The notes beneath the pieces were generated by a model, which saw nothing but the letters and a program-made list of their open reading frames with translations, made no database searches and was not told the origin of the DNA. From assembly GCA_050239825.1 (NCBI GenBank), contig JBFXGO010000006.1, positions 4,690 through 68,689 on the forward strand: DNA of 64,000 nt, read 5' to 3'. The position numbers were made by a program, and so were the translations under genes. Below are positions 42,941 to 53,215 of this stretch, piece by piece. Source of the DNA: a bacterium (GTDB lineage: Bacteria; Hydrothermota; 32-111). Every line of letters begins with the position of its first letter. The first letter of the stretch is position 1.

Positions 42941-44179
42941 ATGAAGAGGGTCGTAATAACCGGTATGGGAGTTGTATCCTCAATAGGCAACAATGTAGAT
43001 GATTTCGCAAAAAACCTCTTTGCCGGAAAATCCGGCATAGGCAACATAACAAAGTTTGATGTTTCATCGTACCGCACTAAGATAGCCGGAGAAGTCAAAG
43101 ACTTTAATCCGGAGCCTGTAATTAACAGGAAAGATACAAGGCGCATAGATACTGTCGCCCAGTATACTCTTGTGGCGGCTGATTCCGCCATAAGAATGGC
43201 CGGATTAGACCTTGCCTCCGCAAACAAGGAAAGATGCGGAGCAATAATAGGCAGTGGAACAGGCGGAGTGGAGACATGGGAGAAACAGCACACAGTTTTG
43301 ATGAATGACGGCCCGGAAAGACTCAGTCCGTTCTTTGTTCCAATGATGATTGTCAACTCTCCGTCCGGCCAGACAGCGATAAAATTCGGATTCAAGGGTC
43401 CCAATTTTGCAGTTGTATCAGCATGCGCTTCAAGCGGACATGCGATTGCTGATGCATACAATCAGATAATTTTGGATAACGCCGATGTTATGCTCTGCGG
43501 AGGGGGAGAGGCGGCAATAACTCCACTCTCCATTGCAGGGTTCATAGCACTTCAGGCATTGTCCACAAGAAATGATCAGCCGGAGAAGGCATCCCGGCCG
43601 TTTGATGCAGATAGGGACGGATTCATAATGGCTGAAGGAGCCGGAATCCTTCTTCTTGAAAGCTATGAACATGCAAAGAAGAGGGGCGCTCCTATACTTG
43701 CAGAGCTTACAGGTTACGGTTACAATGACGATGCATATCATATAACTGCTCCGGACGAAACAGGAGAGAGCGCGGCAAAGTGTATGGAACTGGCAATAAA
43801 GAGAAGCAACAGAAAAATTCAGGATGTTGATTATTTGAATGCACATGGCACATCGACGAAACTTAATGACCAGATGGAGACTCTTGCGGTGAAAAAATGT
43901 TTCGGCGAACATGCATACAGTATCAACATATCCTCCACAAAATCTATGCACGGACACATGCTGGGAGCGGCATCTGCTGTTGAAGCCGTAGCCACAATTC
44001 TCGCCATAAAGAATTCAGTTGTTCCTCCGACAATAAATCAGGAGAAGAAAGACCCGGAATGCGACCTCAATTACACTCCAAACAGCGCAGTGAAGAGGGA
44101 GATAAAATTTGCACTCTCCAACTCCTTCGGTTTTGGAGGACACAATGTAACACTGGCTTTTGCTAAATTTGATGAATGA
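42941..44179 (+). CDS. fabF: 3-oxoacyl-ACP synthase II
   Basis: RVVITGMG, SACASSGHAI, HGTSTKLND and GHMLGAAS. Confidence 0.95.
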   Translation: MKRVVITGMGVVSSIGNNVDDFAKNLFAGKSGIGNITKFDVSSYRTKIAGEVKDFNPEPVINRKDTRRIDTVAQYTLVAADSAIRMAGLDLASANKERCGAIIGSGTGGVETWEKQHTVLMNDGPERLSPFFVPMMIVNSPSGQTAIKFGFKGPNFAVVSACASSGHAIADAYNQIILDNADVMLCGGGEAAITPLSIAGFIALQALSTRNDQPEKASRPFDADRDGFIMAEGAGILLLESYEHAKKRGAPILAELTGYGYNDDAYHITAPDETGESAAKCMELAIKRSNRKIQDVDYLNAHGTSTKLNDQMETLAVKKCFGEHAYSINISSTKSMHGHMLGAASAVEAVATILAIKNSVVPPTINQEKKDPECDLNYTPNSAVKREIKFALSNSFGFGGHNVTLAFAKFDE

Positions 44180-44834
44180 AAAAGAGAATCTTTCGGCGAA
44201 ATTCAGGAAACTGACAGGAATTGAATTTAAAAACGCGGATCTTCTTGTAGAGGCGGTCTCCCACAGGTCTTTTAAAAAGGATGTTTCCTACCAAAGACTT
44301 GAGTTTTTGGGAGATTCGCTTCTCTCGTTTTTCACTTCAGAATATTTTTATAAGAAATACAATCTGTTCACGGAAGGCGAACTGTCCAAGTTCCGCACCA
44401 GCATTGTGAACAGGGATAATCTGTCTCATGTATTCACTCAGCTGAAGCTTTCAGAAATAGTATTTATAGACAGAAAATCATTTAAGAATGACATACCTCC
44501 CTCGATAAAAGAGGATGTCATTGAATCAATTCTTGCGGCAGTATATCTTGATGGCGGAATCAGAAGCGCAAAAAAGATGTTTAAAATGATAATAAAGAAC
44601 TCTCACTCTGTCTCCGAGGAATTTTTTGCAAAAAATCAACTGCAGGAGCTCTCTTTAGCCCGCTATAAGGTTCTTCCCGAGTTTTTGACTGAAGAGTGCG
44701 GAGCGGAGACATTCAATTGCAGATTATATGTAAACGGCAAATATTACTCTGAAGCGCAGGGCCGCAACAAAAAAGAGTGCGAAAAGAAGGCGGCTCTTCT
44801 TGCTCTTAGAAAACTGGAAAAGGAGCTTTTATGA
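44172..44834 (+). CDS. rnc: Ribonuclease III
   Basis: HRSF...YQRLEFLGDSLL signature, EDVIESILAAVYLDGG and a C-terminal dsRBD. The ATG at 44172 overlaps fabF by 8 nt. Confidence 0.92.
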   Translation: MNEKENLSAKFRKLTGIEFKNADLLVEAVSHRSFKKDVSYQRLEFLGDSLLSFFTSEYFYKKYNLFTEGELSKFRTSIVNRDNLSHVFTQLKLSEIVFIDRKSFKNDIPPSIKEDVIESILAAVYLDGGIRSAKKMFKMIIKNSHSVSEEFFAKNQLQELSLARYKVLPEFLTEECGAETFNCRLYVNGKYYSEAQGRNKKECEKKAALLALRKLEKELL

Positions 44835-45622
44835 ATATCATTGTGTGCGTCAAGCAGGTGCCTGACACAAGTCAGATGAAATTTGATCCCGAGACAAAGA
44901 CTATTGTAAGGGAGAATGTGGAGAATATTGTCAATCCGTTTGACCTTTACGCGGTCGAAGAGGCATTGCGCATAAAGGAAAAGTTCCCCGACTCAAAAGT
45001 CACAGCAGTGTGCATGGGGCCGAAGCAGGCAGAGAATGCGCTGAGAGAGGTTATTTCAATGGGCGCGGATTCCGCTGTTCTCGTTTCGGATAAATCATTT
45101 GCGGCATCGGACACATTGGCTACCAGTTATATTCTTTCAGAGGCAGTGAAAAAGATAGGCTCTTATGACATTATTCTTTTCGGAAAGATGGCAATAGACG
45201 GAGACACTGCTCAGGTGGGTCCCGGAGTTGCATCTCTGCTGAATATTCCCCAGATAACTTTCGTAAGAAAAATAGAAGAGATAACTGAGACGAAAATAAT
45301 TGCTGAGAGGGCTTTGGAGACAGGGTACGAAACTCTTGAAGTGGAGCTACCCTGCGTTCTCACATGCATCAAAGAGCTCAATGAACCGAGACTTCCCTCC
45401 CTCAGAGGGAAAATGAAGGCGAAGAAAGAGGAGATTCCTGTGTGGAGCGCCGAGTTTCTCGGAATTGACCTTGCAAGATGCGGATTCAAAGGTTCTCCCA
45501 CTTGGGTTGTAAAGGCATTCTCTCCCACAATAACAAAAGAAAACATGATCTTTAAATCTGAAAACCAGAGGGAGAATGTGGAAAATCTTGTGGCGAAACT
45601 CAAAGAGAAGGCAGTAATATAA
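44831..45622 (+). CDS. etfB: Electron transfer flavoprotein beta subunit
   Basis: MNIIVCVKQVPDT...VNPFDLYAVEEALR...ILFGKMAIDGDTAQVG. Confidence 0.92.
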   Translation: MNIIVCVKQVPDTSQMKFDPETKTIVRENVENIVNPFDLYAVEEALRIKEKFPDSKVTAVCMGPKQAENALREVISMGADSAVLVSDKSFAASDTLATSYILSEAVKKIGSYDIILFGKMAIDGDTAQVGPGVASLLNIPQITFVRKIEEITETKIIAERALETGYETLEVELPCVLTCIKELNEPRLPSLRGKMKAKKEEIPVWSAEFLGIDLARCGFKGSPTWVVKAFSPTITKENMIFKSENQRENVENLVAKLKEKAVI

Positions 45623-45631
45623 GGAGAAAAT

Positions 45632-46642
45632 ATGAATGAAAATATAAATGATTACAAGGGAGTTCTTGTATTTGCTGAGCAGAGAAATGGTCAAGTTGAA
45701 AGCGTCACTTATGAACTTTTAAACAAAGCTATCGAATTGGCAGGCAAGAGAAAAACATTTGTGATGGCCGCTATTCTCGGGCATGAACAGAAGAATAATG
45801 CGGAGATGCTTATAAAGAGGGGAGCAGATAAGGTTATACTCGCAGATTCTATGGACCTTTTGAATTTTACGGATACTACATACGCAAATGTTCTGTCAGA
45901 CATTATTTTGAAGCACAAGCCGGAGATAGTTCTTGCAGGCTCCACAAACTTGGGAAGATCGCTTCTTCCGCGCGTGGCGGCAAAGCTTAAAACAGGGCTT
46001 ACTGCCGACTGCACCGAGCTTGACATTGATCCGGCAGACGGCAAACTCCTGCAGACGCGTCCTGCGGCGGGTGGATCGATCATGGCAACGATAGTGACTC
46101 CCAATTCAAGGCCGCAGATGTCAACTGTAAGACATAAAGTATTCAAGGAGACTTCCATTGACGAACAGAGAAAGGGAGAGATAGAAAATTTTGAAGTAAA
46201 GGAAGAGCATATAGACAGAAAGACAAAATATCTGGGATTCAAGAAGGACGAAACACAAACCGTCAATCTCTCCGATGCTGATGTAATAGTATCAGGAGGA
46301 AGAGGGCTCAAACAGCCGGAAAACTTCAAACTTGTGCAGTCGCTTGCAGATGTCCTTAACGGAGCGGTTGGAGCATCACGACCGGTAATCGACGACGGCT
46401 GGATGCCATTCTCGCATCAGGTGGGACAGACAGGAAAGACTGTCTCTCCCAAAATATATGTTGCCTTGGGAATCTCGGGGGCAATACAGCATATAGCAGG
46501 CATGAAGTCATCGGATGTAATTATAGCTATAAACAAAGACGAAAATGCGCCCATATTCCAAATAGCTGATTACGGAATAGTGGGAGATTTGTTTGAGGTT
46601 GTGCCCATTCTTTCGGAGAAATTAAAGGAACTTGGCAGATAA
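45632..46642 (+). CDS. etfA: Electron transfer flavoprotein alpha subunit
   Basis: VIVSGGRGL, GASRPVIDDGWMP...QVGQTGKTVSPKIYVALGISGAIQH and INKDENAPIF. Confidence 0.92.
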   Translation: MNENINDYKGVLVFAEQRNGQVESVTYELLNKAIELAGKRKTFVMAAILGHEQKNNAEMLIKRGADKVILADSMDLLNFTDTTYANVLSDIILKHKPEIVLAGSTNLGRSLLPRVAAKLKTGLTADCTELDIDPADGKLLQTRPAAGGSIMATIVTPNSRPQMSTVRHKVFKETSIDEQRKGEIENFEVKEEHIDRKTKYLGFKKDETQTVNLSDADVIVSGGRGLKQPENFKLVQSLADVLNGAVGASRPVIDDGWMPFSHQVGQTGKTVSPKIYVALGISGAIQHIAGMKSSDVIIAINKDENAPIFQIADYGIVGDLFEVVPILSEKLKELGR

Positions 46643-47342
46643 TCTCAAAATCAGCGCCATGTTTCCCTGTTATAATGACAGCGGAACAATCATCTCTCTT
46701 GTGAAAGATATTTCAAGAGAGCTTGAAAAGCATTGTTCTGATTTTGAAGTGATTGTGGTTGATGACTGTTCAAAAGACAATTCGAGGGAACTTCTGCTGA
46801 AAGAAAAAGAAGCCAATAAAAAACTTGTGCTTGTTTTTCATGAAAAGAACAAAGGATACGGAGAGACGATTCTTGACGGAATGAATACTGCAAAGTTTCC
46901 ATATTTCTTTTATACGGACGGAGACGGACAATATTCGGTGAAGGACATTGGAATTCTTATAAAATCAATGAATGAAGACACTATTCTTGCAAACGGATAC
47001 AAGATAACGAGAAACGACCCGTTATACAGGATAATAATAGGGAGAATGTACAATCTCTTTATGAAATTTTTCTTCGGCATAAAACTTAAAGATATAGACT
47101 GCGATTTCAGGATAATAAAGAAGGATATTTTTGACGGTGAAGAGTTTTTTTCAAAGTCGGGCACTATATGCGTCGAGATGGTGAAGAGAATAGAGCTGAA
47201 GACAAAAAAAATCAAAGAGGCGCCGGTCAGTCATTTCGAAAGAGAGTACGGAACTTCGCAATTCTTCAATTTTAGCAGGCTCTTCTTTGTATTTTTTCAT
47301 GTGCTGAAGCTGTGGCATCTTCTAATAGCCAAAAGAAAGTAG
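46632..47342 (+). CDS. Family 2 glycosyltransferase (polyprenyl-phosphate sugar synthase, ArnC/DPM1-like)
   Basis: FPCYNDSGTI...FEVIVVDDCSKDNS, YTDGDGQY (DxD) and a C-terminal hydrophobic helix. The start is either TTG at 46632 or ATG at 46659. Confidence 0.85.
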   Translation: MADNLKISAMFPCYNDSGTIISLVKDISRELEKHCSDFEVIVVDDCSKDNSRELLLKEKEANKKLVLVFHEKNKGYGETILDGMNTAKFPYFFYTDGDGQYSVKDIGILIKSMNEDTILANGYKITRNDPLYRIIIGRMYNLFMKFFFGIKLKDIDCDFRIIKKDIFDGEEFFSKSGTICVEMVKRIELKTKKIKEAPVSHFEREYGTSQFFNFSRLFFVFFHVLKLWHLLIAKRK

Positions 47343-47350
47343 AGGTGTGA

Positions 47351-48331
47351 ATGAACAAGTCAAAGAAGATTGTTTCCGTGCTGGTAGCGGGTGGTGAGGG
47401 CTTTATCGGCTACAACCTGTCGAGACATCTTTCGGAGAGGGGATACGAAGTCACTGTGATTGACTCGGAGAATCCGATGAGCGGATTTAACAGATTTCAC
47501 AGGTCCTCTCTCGAAAAAATTAATGTCAGGATAATCAAAGATACAATAGGGAATATTTCAAAGTATGAAGATGCGGTGAAAAAAGCCGATGCTATTTTCA
47601 ACTGCGCCGCTCTGATAAGCCATCTGGATTCAATCAAGAATCCCATACTTGACATAGAGAATAACACCATTGAACAGATACGATTCATTGACTTTATAAA
47701 GCAGTATCCGAAGAAAAGAATAATTTACACTTCAACCCGACAGGTTTACGGAAGACAGGAGAAATTTCCGGTGAGAGAGGATGCGCCTGTAAATCCGGTT
47801 GATTCAAACGGAATTAACAAATATACAACGGAACTCTATTATACTCTGTATTCAAAACTCTACTCTCTCAACTCAGCAGTGCTGAGATTGACAAACATTT
47901 ACGGTCCGGGGATGCACATTCGAGACAAGAGATTGTCTTTCATCGGTTGGTTCATGAACAGATGTGTCACCAACAATCCGATAGAGCTTTACGGCGAGGG
48001 AAGGCAGATGAGGGATATGCTCTACATAGATGATTTGTGCGCGACTCTTGCATCGGCAATGGAGAGCGACTGTAAGGGAATAGTAAATGTGGGGAGCGAT
48101 AATTCTGTATCTTTGAGGGAGATTGCAGAAATTTTGAAGGAGAATAATCCCAAGATTTCTATTCTGAACATCAATTTTCCCGAAGAGATAAAGAAGATTG
48201 ACATAGGAGATTTCAGCACCGACAATACTCTTGCCAAGAAGTTTTTCAATCATGCCGAAAAAATCTCTTTGAGGGAAGGGTTGAATAAAACAGTCGAATA
48301 TTATAACAAACATAAAGGATACTATCTATGA
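47351..48331 (+). CDS. NAD-dependent sugar-nucleotide epimerase/dehydratase (extended SDR)
   Basis: Rossmann motif VLVAGGEGFIGYNL. YTSTRQVYG and LRLTNIYGPG are typical of GalE/UXS-type SDRs. Substrate is not assignable. Confidence 0.8.
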   Translation: MNKSKKIVSVLVAGGEGFIGYNLSRHLSERGYEVTVIDSENPMSGFNRFHRSSLEKINVRIIKDTIGNISKYEDAVKKADAIFNCAALISHLDSIKNPILDIENNTIEQIRFIDFIKQYPKKRIIYTSTRQVYGRQEKFPVREDAPVNPVDSNGINKYTTELYYTLYSKLYSLNSAVLRLTNIYGPGMHIRDKRLSFIGWFMNRCVTNNPIELYGEGRQMRDMLYIDDLCATLASAMESDCKGIVNVGSDNSVSLREIAEILKENNPKISILNINFPEEIKKIDIGDFSTDNTLAKKFFNHAEKISLREGLNKTVEYYNKHKGYYL

Positions 48332-49395
48332 TACCGTTTTCATGCCTTAACAGGGACATTGAAGAGCTTGATGAAATATCAAAACACCTTGATCTGTTTA
48401 TAAGGAAAGGAAAGTATATCCTCGGCGACATCCTGCTTTCATTTGAGAAGTCATTTGCGGAATTTACGGGGCACAGATATGCTGTAGGAACAGGCAATGC
48501 CACGGATGCTCTCTATCTCATTTTCCGAGTTCTTAATCTTAAGAGAATAGGCATTTGTGCGGCAAGTCCGCTTCCCTGCGGACAGGCCATAAAGATGGCT
48601 GATGCGGAGATGGTTCTCTTTGATGCGGAGAATGAAGGAGGTCTTTTAGACATTAAGAAATTCAAAGAAGACAAGAGAAAGATTGATTCTCTTCTTGCAG
48701 TTCACCTGTATGGTCAGGCAGAGAGGACTGACGAACTCAAGAAAATATGCGAAGAAAAAAAAATCTCTCTGATAGAAGACTGTTCTCAGTCAGTTGGCAC
48801 ATATATCGGCGGAAAGCACACTGGAAAATTCAGTATTCTCTCTGCATTCTCATTCTATCCGACAAAAAATCTTGGCGGATTCGGCGACGGAGGGATGATA
48901 ATGACTGATGACAAAGATATGTATGATAAACTTGTGAAGATGCGCAATTATGGACAGATTTCAGTTTATTCAGCGCAAACTGAGGGTATAAATTCCCGCC
49001 TTGATGATATTCAGGCAGTGATACTCCTTGTAAAAATGAAGAGCATAATAAGAAAGAATGAAAGAAGAAGAGCCATACTTGAAAGATATAAAAACGAAAT
49101 AGAAAATAAAAAAATACTTCTTCCTCCCAAGAGATACTTTGAAACTTCAAATGGACACTTGATGCCTATATTTACAGAGAACAGAGAGATACTGAAGGAG
49201 CATCTTTTGAAGATGAATGTTTCAACAGCGGTTCATTACCCGCATCCTCTTCACAAACAGGAGTATTTCAAGCAGGATGTATCGCTTCCGGTATCCGAAT
49301 CATTATCGCAGAGAGAGCTTACAATTCCTTCATTCAGCGAACTTACCGATGAGGAAGTGAGTCAAATTATCAAAGCATTAAACTCTTATGAATGA
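48328..49395 (+). CDS. DegT/DnrJ/EryC1/StrS (ArnB-like) sugar aminotransferase
   Basis: GKYILGD...FEKSFAEFTG..YAVGTGNATDAL. PLP lysine context SFYPTKNLGGFGDGGMIMTDD. Confidence 0.88.
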   Translation: MIPFSCLNRDIEELDEISKHLDLFIRKGKYILGDILLSFEKSFAEFTGHRYAVGTGNATDALYLIFRVLNLKRIGICAASPLPCGQAIKMADAEMVLFDAENEGGLLDIKKFKEDKRKIDSLLAVHLYGQAERTDELKKICEEKKISLIEDCSQSVGTYIGGKHTGKFSILSAFSFYPTKNLGGFGDGGMIMTDDKDMYDKLVKMRNYGQISVYSAQTEGINSRLDDIQAVILLVKMKSIIRKNERRRAILERYKNEIENKKILLPPKRYFETSNGHLMPIFTENREILKEHLLKMNVSTAVHYPHPLHKQEYFKQDVSLPVSESLSQRELTIPSFSELTDEEVSQIIKALNSYE

Positions 49396-50116
49396 CAGAG
49401 AATTCATCTCGATGAAGAAAACAGAGGACAAGCACTTTTGGTTTGTCCACAAGAGGCGTCTGATAAACCATTTCATAGGCAAATATGCGAAAACAGATTC
49501 ATTGAAGGTCTTCGATTCGGGGTGCGGCACAGGCAGGGACATCTATGATTTCAAAGATGGAATAGGAATGGACATAAGCTTCAACGGGCTAATGCTCTGC
49601 GGTGAAAACTGCAGAATGAAGGTCTGCGGAAGCGTTAATGAAATTCCTTTTAAAAGCTCTTCGTTTGATGTGCTTCTCTCAATGGATGTTCTTCAGCATG
49701 AAGGGGTTGATGAAAAAAATGCCGTAAGGGAATATTCAAGAGTTTTGAAAAAAAACGGTATAGTTATACTCAATCTGCCTGCTATAGATTCGATATACTC
49801 ATACCATGATTTTTCAGTCGAGACAAGGCACCGATACTCCCGCATGGAGATAAAGAGGCTTTTGAAAAGCGATTTTGAAATAATGGAGATGGTGTTCTGG
49901 AACGGAATATTCTTTTTACCCGGAGTATTCTCACGCACTATTATCTCAAAACTTGACAGTTATGTGCAGAAGTCGGATGTTTCTGAGGTTTCGAAAACGA
50001 CAAATCTGGCAGGGGATATAGGATTGAGAATTGAATCAATTTTTACCCTTTCGGGCATATTGCCAGTCGGCTTCTCCCTTCTCACTGTCGGAAAAAAAAG
50101 AAACAAAAGGGCATAG
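49388..50116 (+). CDS. Class I SAM-dependent methyltransferase
   Basis: Motif [12 protein letters not shown], followed by [12 protein letters not shown] and [10 protein letters not shown]. Confidence 0.8.
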   Translation: MNDREFISMKKTEDKHFWFVHKRRLINHFIGKYAKTDSLKVFDSGCGTGRDIYDFKDGIGMDISFNGLMLCGENCRMKVCGSVNEIPFKSSSFDVLLSMDVLQHEGVDEKNAVREYSRVLKKNGIVILNLPAIDSIYSYHDFSVETRHRYSRMEIKRLLKSDFEIMEMVFWNGIFFLPGVFSRTIISKLDSYVQKSDVSEVSKTTNLAGDIGLRIESIFTLSGILPVGFSLLTVGKKRNKRA

Positions 50117-50124
50117 GTGATTTA

Positions 50125-51699
50125 ATGGACAAGAAAAGAGTTGTGATAATAGGCGGAGGTCCTGCCGGACTAACTGCCGCGAATCTTCTTTCAAAAAATG
50201 AAAATTACGATATAATTATTTTTGAAAAAGAAAACTTGCTGGGGGGCATAGCCAAAACTGTTGTATACAAGGGTAACAGGATAGACATTGGCGGACACAG
50301 ATTCTTTTCGAAATCCGATTGGGTGATGGATTTCTGGAAATCAAAATTCCCGATACAAGGCAGACCTTCCAAGGATGACATTATTCTGAATAGGGATGTC
50401 AATCTGTCGAAGGAGGCGGGTGCGCCCGACCCTGAAAAAGAGAGCAAAACCATGCTTGTGAGAAACAGGCTTTCAAGAATCTTTTACCTCAGATCTTTTT
50501 TTGATTATCCTGTTTCTCTTAATCTGAACACGATAAAAAATCTTGGTTTTATAAGAATGTTAAGAATAGGTGTTAGTTACTTGGCAATAAAAGCTAATCC
50601 GATAAAAAATGAAAAATCTTTAGAAGATTTTTTCATTAACCGATTCGGAAAGGAACTTTATAAGACATTCTTTAAGGATTATACTGAAAAAGTTTGGGGA
50701 ATGAAATGCACTGAAATTGAACCCGAGTGGGGAGCCCAAAGGGTAAAAGGCCTTGATATTACAAAGACGATACTCCATGCAGTCAAAAAAGTTTTTGCGA
50801 GGGAGCATGATATAAGTCAGAAATCCACAGAGACGAGTTTGATAGAGCAGTTTCTTTACCCAAAACTCGGACCCGGTCAGTTATGGGAGTATGTGGCGGA
50901 AGAGGCAATAAAAAACAATGTTAAAATAATCTTGAATGCAGAAATTGTCTCCATAGGAAGTTCGGACCACATCATCAAAAATGTGAGAGTAAAAGATGCA
51001 TCTTCAAATCAGGAGAAGGATTACGAATGCGACATTCTTATCTCAACAATGCCGATAAAAAATCTGGTAGAGGCAATGGGAGAGGCGGCGGAAGAAGATG
51101 TCAAGAGAGTTGCTTCCGGACTTCAATACAGGGACTTTCTCACTGTCGGACTGCTAATGAAAAAACTCAAAATTGAGAATAAAACAAACAAGCGCACTAT
51201 GAACAATATTATCCCGGACAACTGGATTTATATACAGGAGAGAGATGTGAAGGTCGGCAGGGTGCAGATATTCAACAACTGGTCTCCGTATCTTGTCAAG
51301 GATTTAGACAATATCTGGATGGGTCTTGAATACTTTGTCTCTGAGAATGACGAATTGAGTTCGAAATCAGATGCAGAGATGATAAATTTCGCTGTGAATG
51401 AGATGGAGAAGATAGGTTTTTTAAACAGAGAGGATGTCATAGATTCGACAATATTAAGGATGGAGAAGGCGTATCCTGCTTACTTCGGCACATATGCCTA
51501 TCTTGATAAAGTGAAGGATTGGTCACTGAGATTTGAAAATCTTTACCTTATAGGAAGAAACGGAATGCACAGATACAACAATATGGACCATTCCATGCTC
51601 TCTGCAAAGGCGGCTGTCGAGTCCATACTGAATGGATTTACAAAAAAAGCGGATATCTGGAGCATAAATACAGAGGAGGAGTATCATGAAAAGAAGTGA
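50125..51699 (+). CDS. FAD/NAD(P)-binding oxidoreductase (amine oxidase / UDP-galactopyranose mutase-like superfamily)
   Basis: N-terminal dinucleotide fold [14 protein letters not shown]...FEKE...GG and a C-terminal [15 protein letters not shown]. Exact activity unknown. Confidence 0.75.
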   Translation: MDKKRVVIIGGGPAGLTAANLLSKNENYDIIIFEKENLLGGIAKTVVYKGNRIDIGGHRFFSKSDWVMDFWKSKFPIQGRPSKDDIILNRDVNLSKEAGAPDPEKESKTMLVRNRLSRIFYLRSFFDYPVSLNLNTIKNLGFIRMLRIGVSYLAIKANPIKNEKSLEDFFINRFGKELYKTFFKDYTEKVWGMKCTEIEPEWGAQRVKGLDITKTILHAVKKVFAREHDISQKSTETSLIEQFLYPKLGPGQLWEYVAEEAIKNNVKIILNAEIVSIGSSDHIIKNVRVKDASSNQEKDYECDILISTMPIKNLVEAMGEAAEEDVKRVASGLQYRDFLTVGLLMKKLKIENKTNKRTMNNIIPDNWIYIQERDVKVGRVQIFNNWSPYLVKDLDNIWMGLEYFVSENDELSSKSDAEMINFAVNEMEKIGFLNREDVIDSTILRMEKAYPAYFGTYAYLDKVKDWSLRFENLYLIGRNGMHRYNNMDHSMLSAKAAVESILNGFTKKADIWSINTEEEYHEKK

Positions 51700-53215
51700 A
51701 AAAATCCTTTTGACGGCGATAAATCTGTCTTATTTTCTTTTATTTATAATTCTCCTTCCTTTTTACAGGCATCAGATAAATCCGGATTCAATATCTCTGA
51801 TAAACATAGCAAACAAGTATTTAAGCGGCGAATTTATGCTTGCTGTCAACGGATACTGGCCTCCTCTTATTTCATGGCTTCTATCCTTTTTTATGCTCGT
51901 TTTCAAAAATCCGATAATTGCTTTCAAAGCCCTCTCTTTCTTTGTCGGTCTCTTTGCCCTGTTTTCTTTTAACAGGCTTTTATCGGCGTTGAAAACAAGC
52001 TTTACGGCGAAGACTCTCTCTCTTGCGGCTTCTGTGGCGGGTGTCCTCTATTTTTCTCTCACGGTAGCGTCTTCCGACCTTCTTGCCGCATCCCTGATGC
52101 TCTATTATCTCTCTCTTATCATTGAAGAAAACTCTTTCAAAAACAGATTTTTTTTTCTGAAAGTGGGTATTGTGGGAGTTCTTCTCTACTTTTCTAAAAC
52201 CTACGGATTCTATTTTTTCATCTTTCACTTTTTATTCGCGGCTCTGATGGAAGCTCTTTCGGGAAAGGAGAAGGTGAGGACAGTGAGAGTCTCTGTATTT
52301 GCCCTTCTCGTTTTTTCCCTTTTGTCCGCCGCCTGGATTGCGCCTATAAGCATTAAATACGGTGTTTTCACTATCGGCACTACAGGAAAGTTCAATTATG
52401 CGTCATTCGGACCCGATGCGGCGGCTGTGCGTAGGCCTTACATTCATGCAATGGCGATTCCAGATTCAATGAGCACAAGCAATTGGGATGACCCTTCAAA
52501 TGTTTATGAAGAAGCATGGAGCCCCTTCTCTTCCAAAGAGAATATTCTGCATCAGGCAAAGCTTCTGAAAAAAAACATACCATGGATGATTGACCTGTAC
52601 AATTCATTCTCATATCTCTCCCTTCTGATTATAGCGGCGTCCCTTCTGTTGCTCTTCATGGGCAGGAGGAGAGAGCAGATTCTGATTCTTCTTTCTGCCT
52701 CACTGCTCTCATCGGCTGGATATTTAATGATTGCATTTGAGCAGAGGTATCTTTGGGTCAATTTTTTCATACTGATACTTCTGTCGGTTATAATACTTGA
52801 TGAATTGAAAATGAAGGAGAGAGCCAAGACTGTTGCGCTTGCATTGATTCTGTTGACTTTCTTGATAATGCCCTTGAGAAATCTTTACTCCGACCTAAAT
52901 GTAAACAAAGACATTTATGATTCGTACATGAGTCTTGACAAAAAAGATGTGAAGGGGAATACTGCTTCGGATTCAAACAGGGCATTCATGACAATACTCT
53001 CTTTCTATCTGAAAAATCACTATTATGGCGCATTCGGAAAGGAGATAGACCAAGAGACATTTCAAAAGGAACTGAATGATAATAAAATAGAATACTATTA
53101 TCTTTTTGACAGGAAAGACACTGCTCTGATAGATGTACTGAAAGAAAATTGGGAAATACATCATGAGTCGGAGAGGTTCACCGTACTGAAAAGAACAGAT
53201 GCCAAAAAAGAATGA
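51686..53215 (+). CDS. Polytopic membrane protein, GT-C (ArnT/PMT_2-like) glycosyltransferase candidate
   Basis: More than 10 TM segments. The first loop is [27 protein letters not shown] and SSDLL segments are shared with the 36455 gene product. It is embedded in the aminosugar cluster. Confidence 0.6.
   Translation: MKRSEKILLTAINLSYFLLFIILLPFYRHQINPDSISLINIANKYLSGEFMLAVNGYWPPLISWLLSFFMLVFKNPIIAFKALSFFVGLFALFSFNRLLSALKTSFTAKTLSLAASVAGVLYFSLTVASSDLLAASLMLYYLSLIIEENSFKNRFFFLKVGIVGVLLYFSKTYGFYFFIFHFLFAALMEALSGKEKVRTVRVSVFALLVFSLLSAAWIAPISIKYGVFTIGTTGKFNYASFGPDAAAVRRPYIHAMAIPDSMSTSNWDDPSNVYEEAWSPFSSKENILHQAKLLKKNIPWMIDLYNSFSYLSLLIIAASLLLLFMGRRREQILILLSASLLSSAGYLMIAFEQRYLWVNFFILILLSVIILDELKMKERAKTVALALILLTFLIMPLRNLYSDLNVNKDIYDSYMSLDKKDVKGNTASDSNRAFMTILSFYLKNHYYGAFGKEIDQETFQKELNDNKIEYYYLFDRKDTALIDVLKENWEIHHESERFTVLKRTDAKKE

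Noticed and set aside
42580-43461. 293-aa minus-strand ORF antisense to acpP/fabF. Similar long antisense ORFs lie at 6656-7378, 45709-46329, 54409-55035, 2861-3352 and 8640-9092.
   Set aside because: Each lies opposite a gene with unmistakable family motifs (FabF, TPR, EtfA and others). Their translations are low-complexity and rich in Ser, Phe, Leu, Cys and Arg, as expected for the complementary frame of RNY-biased codons. They have no recognisable motifs or SDs.
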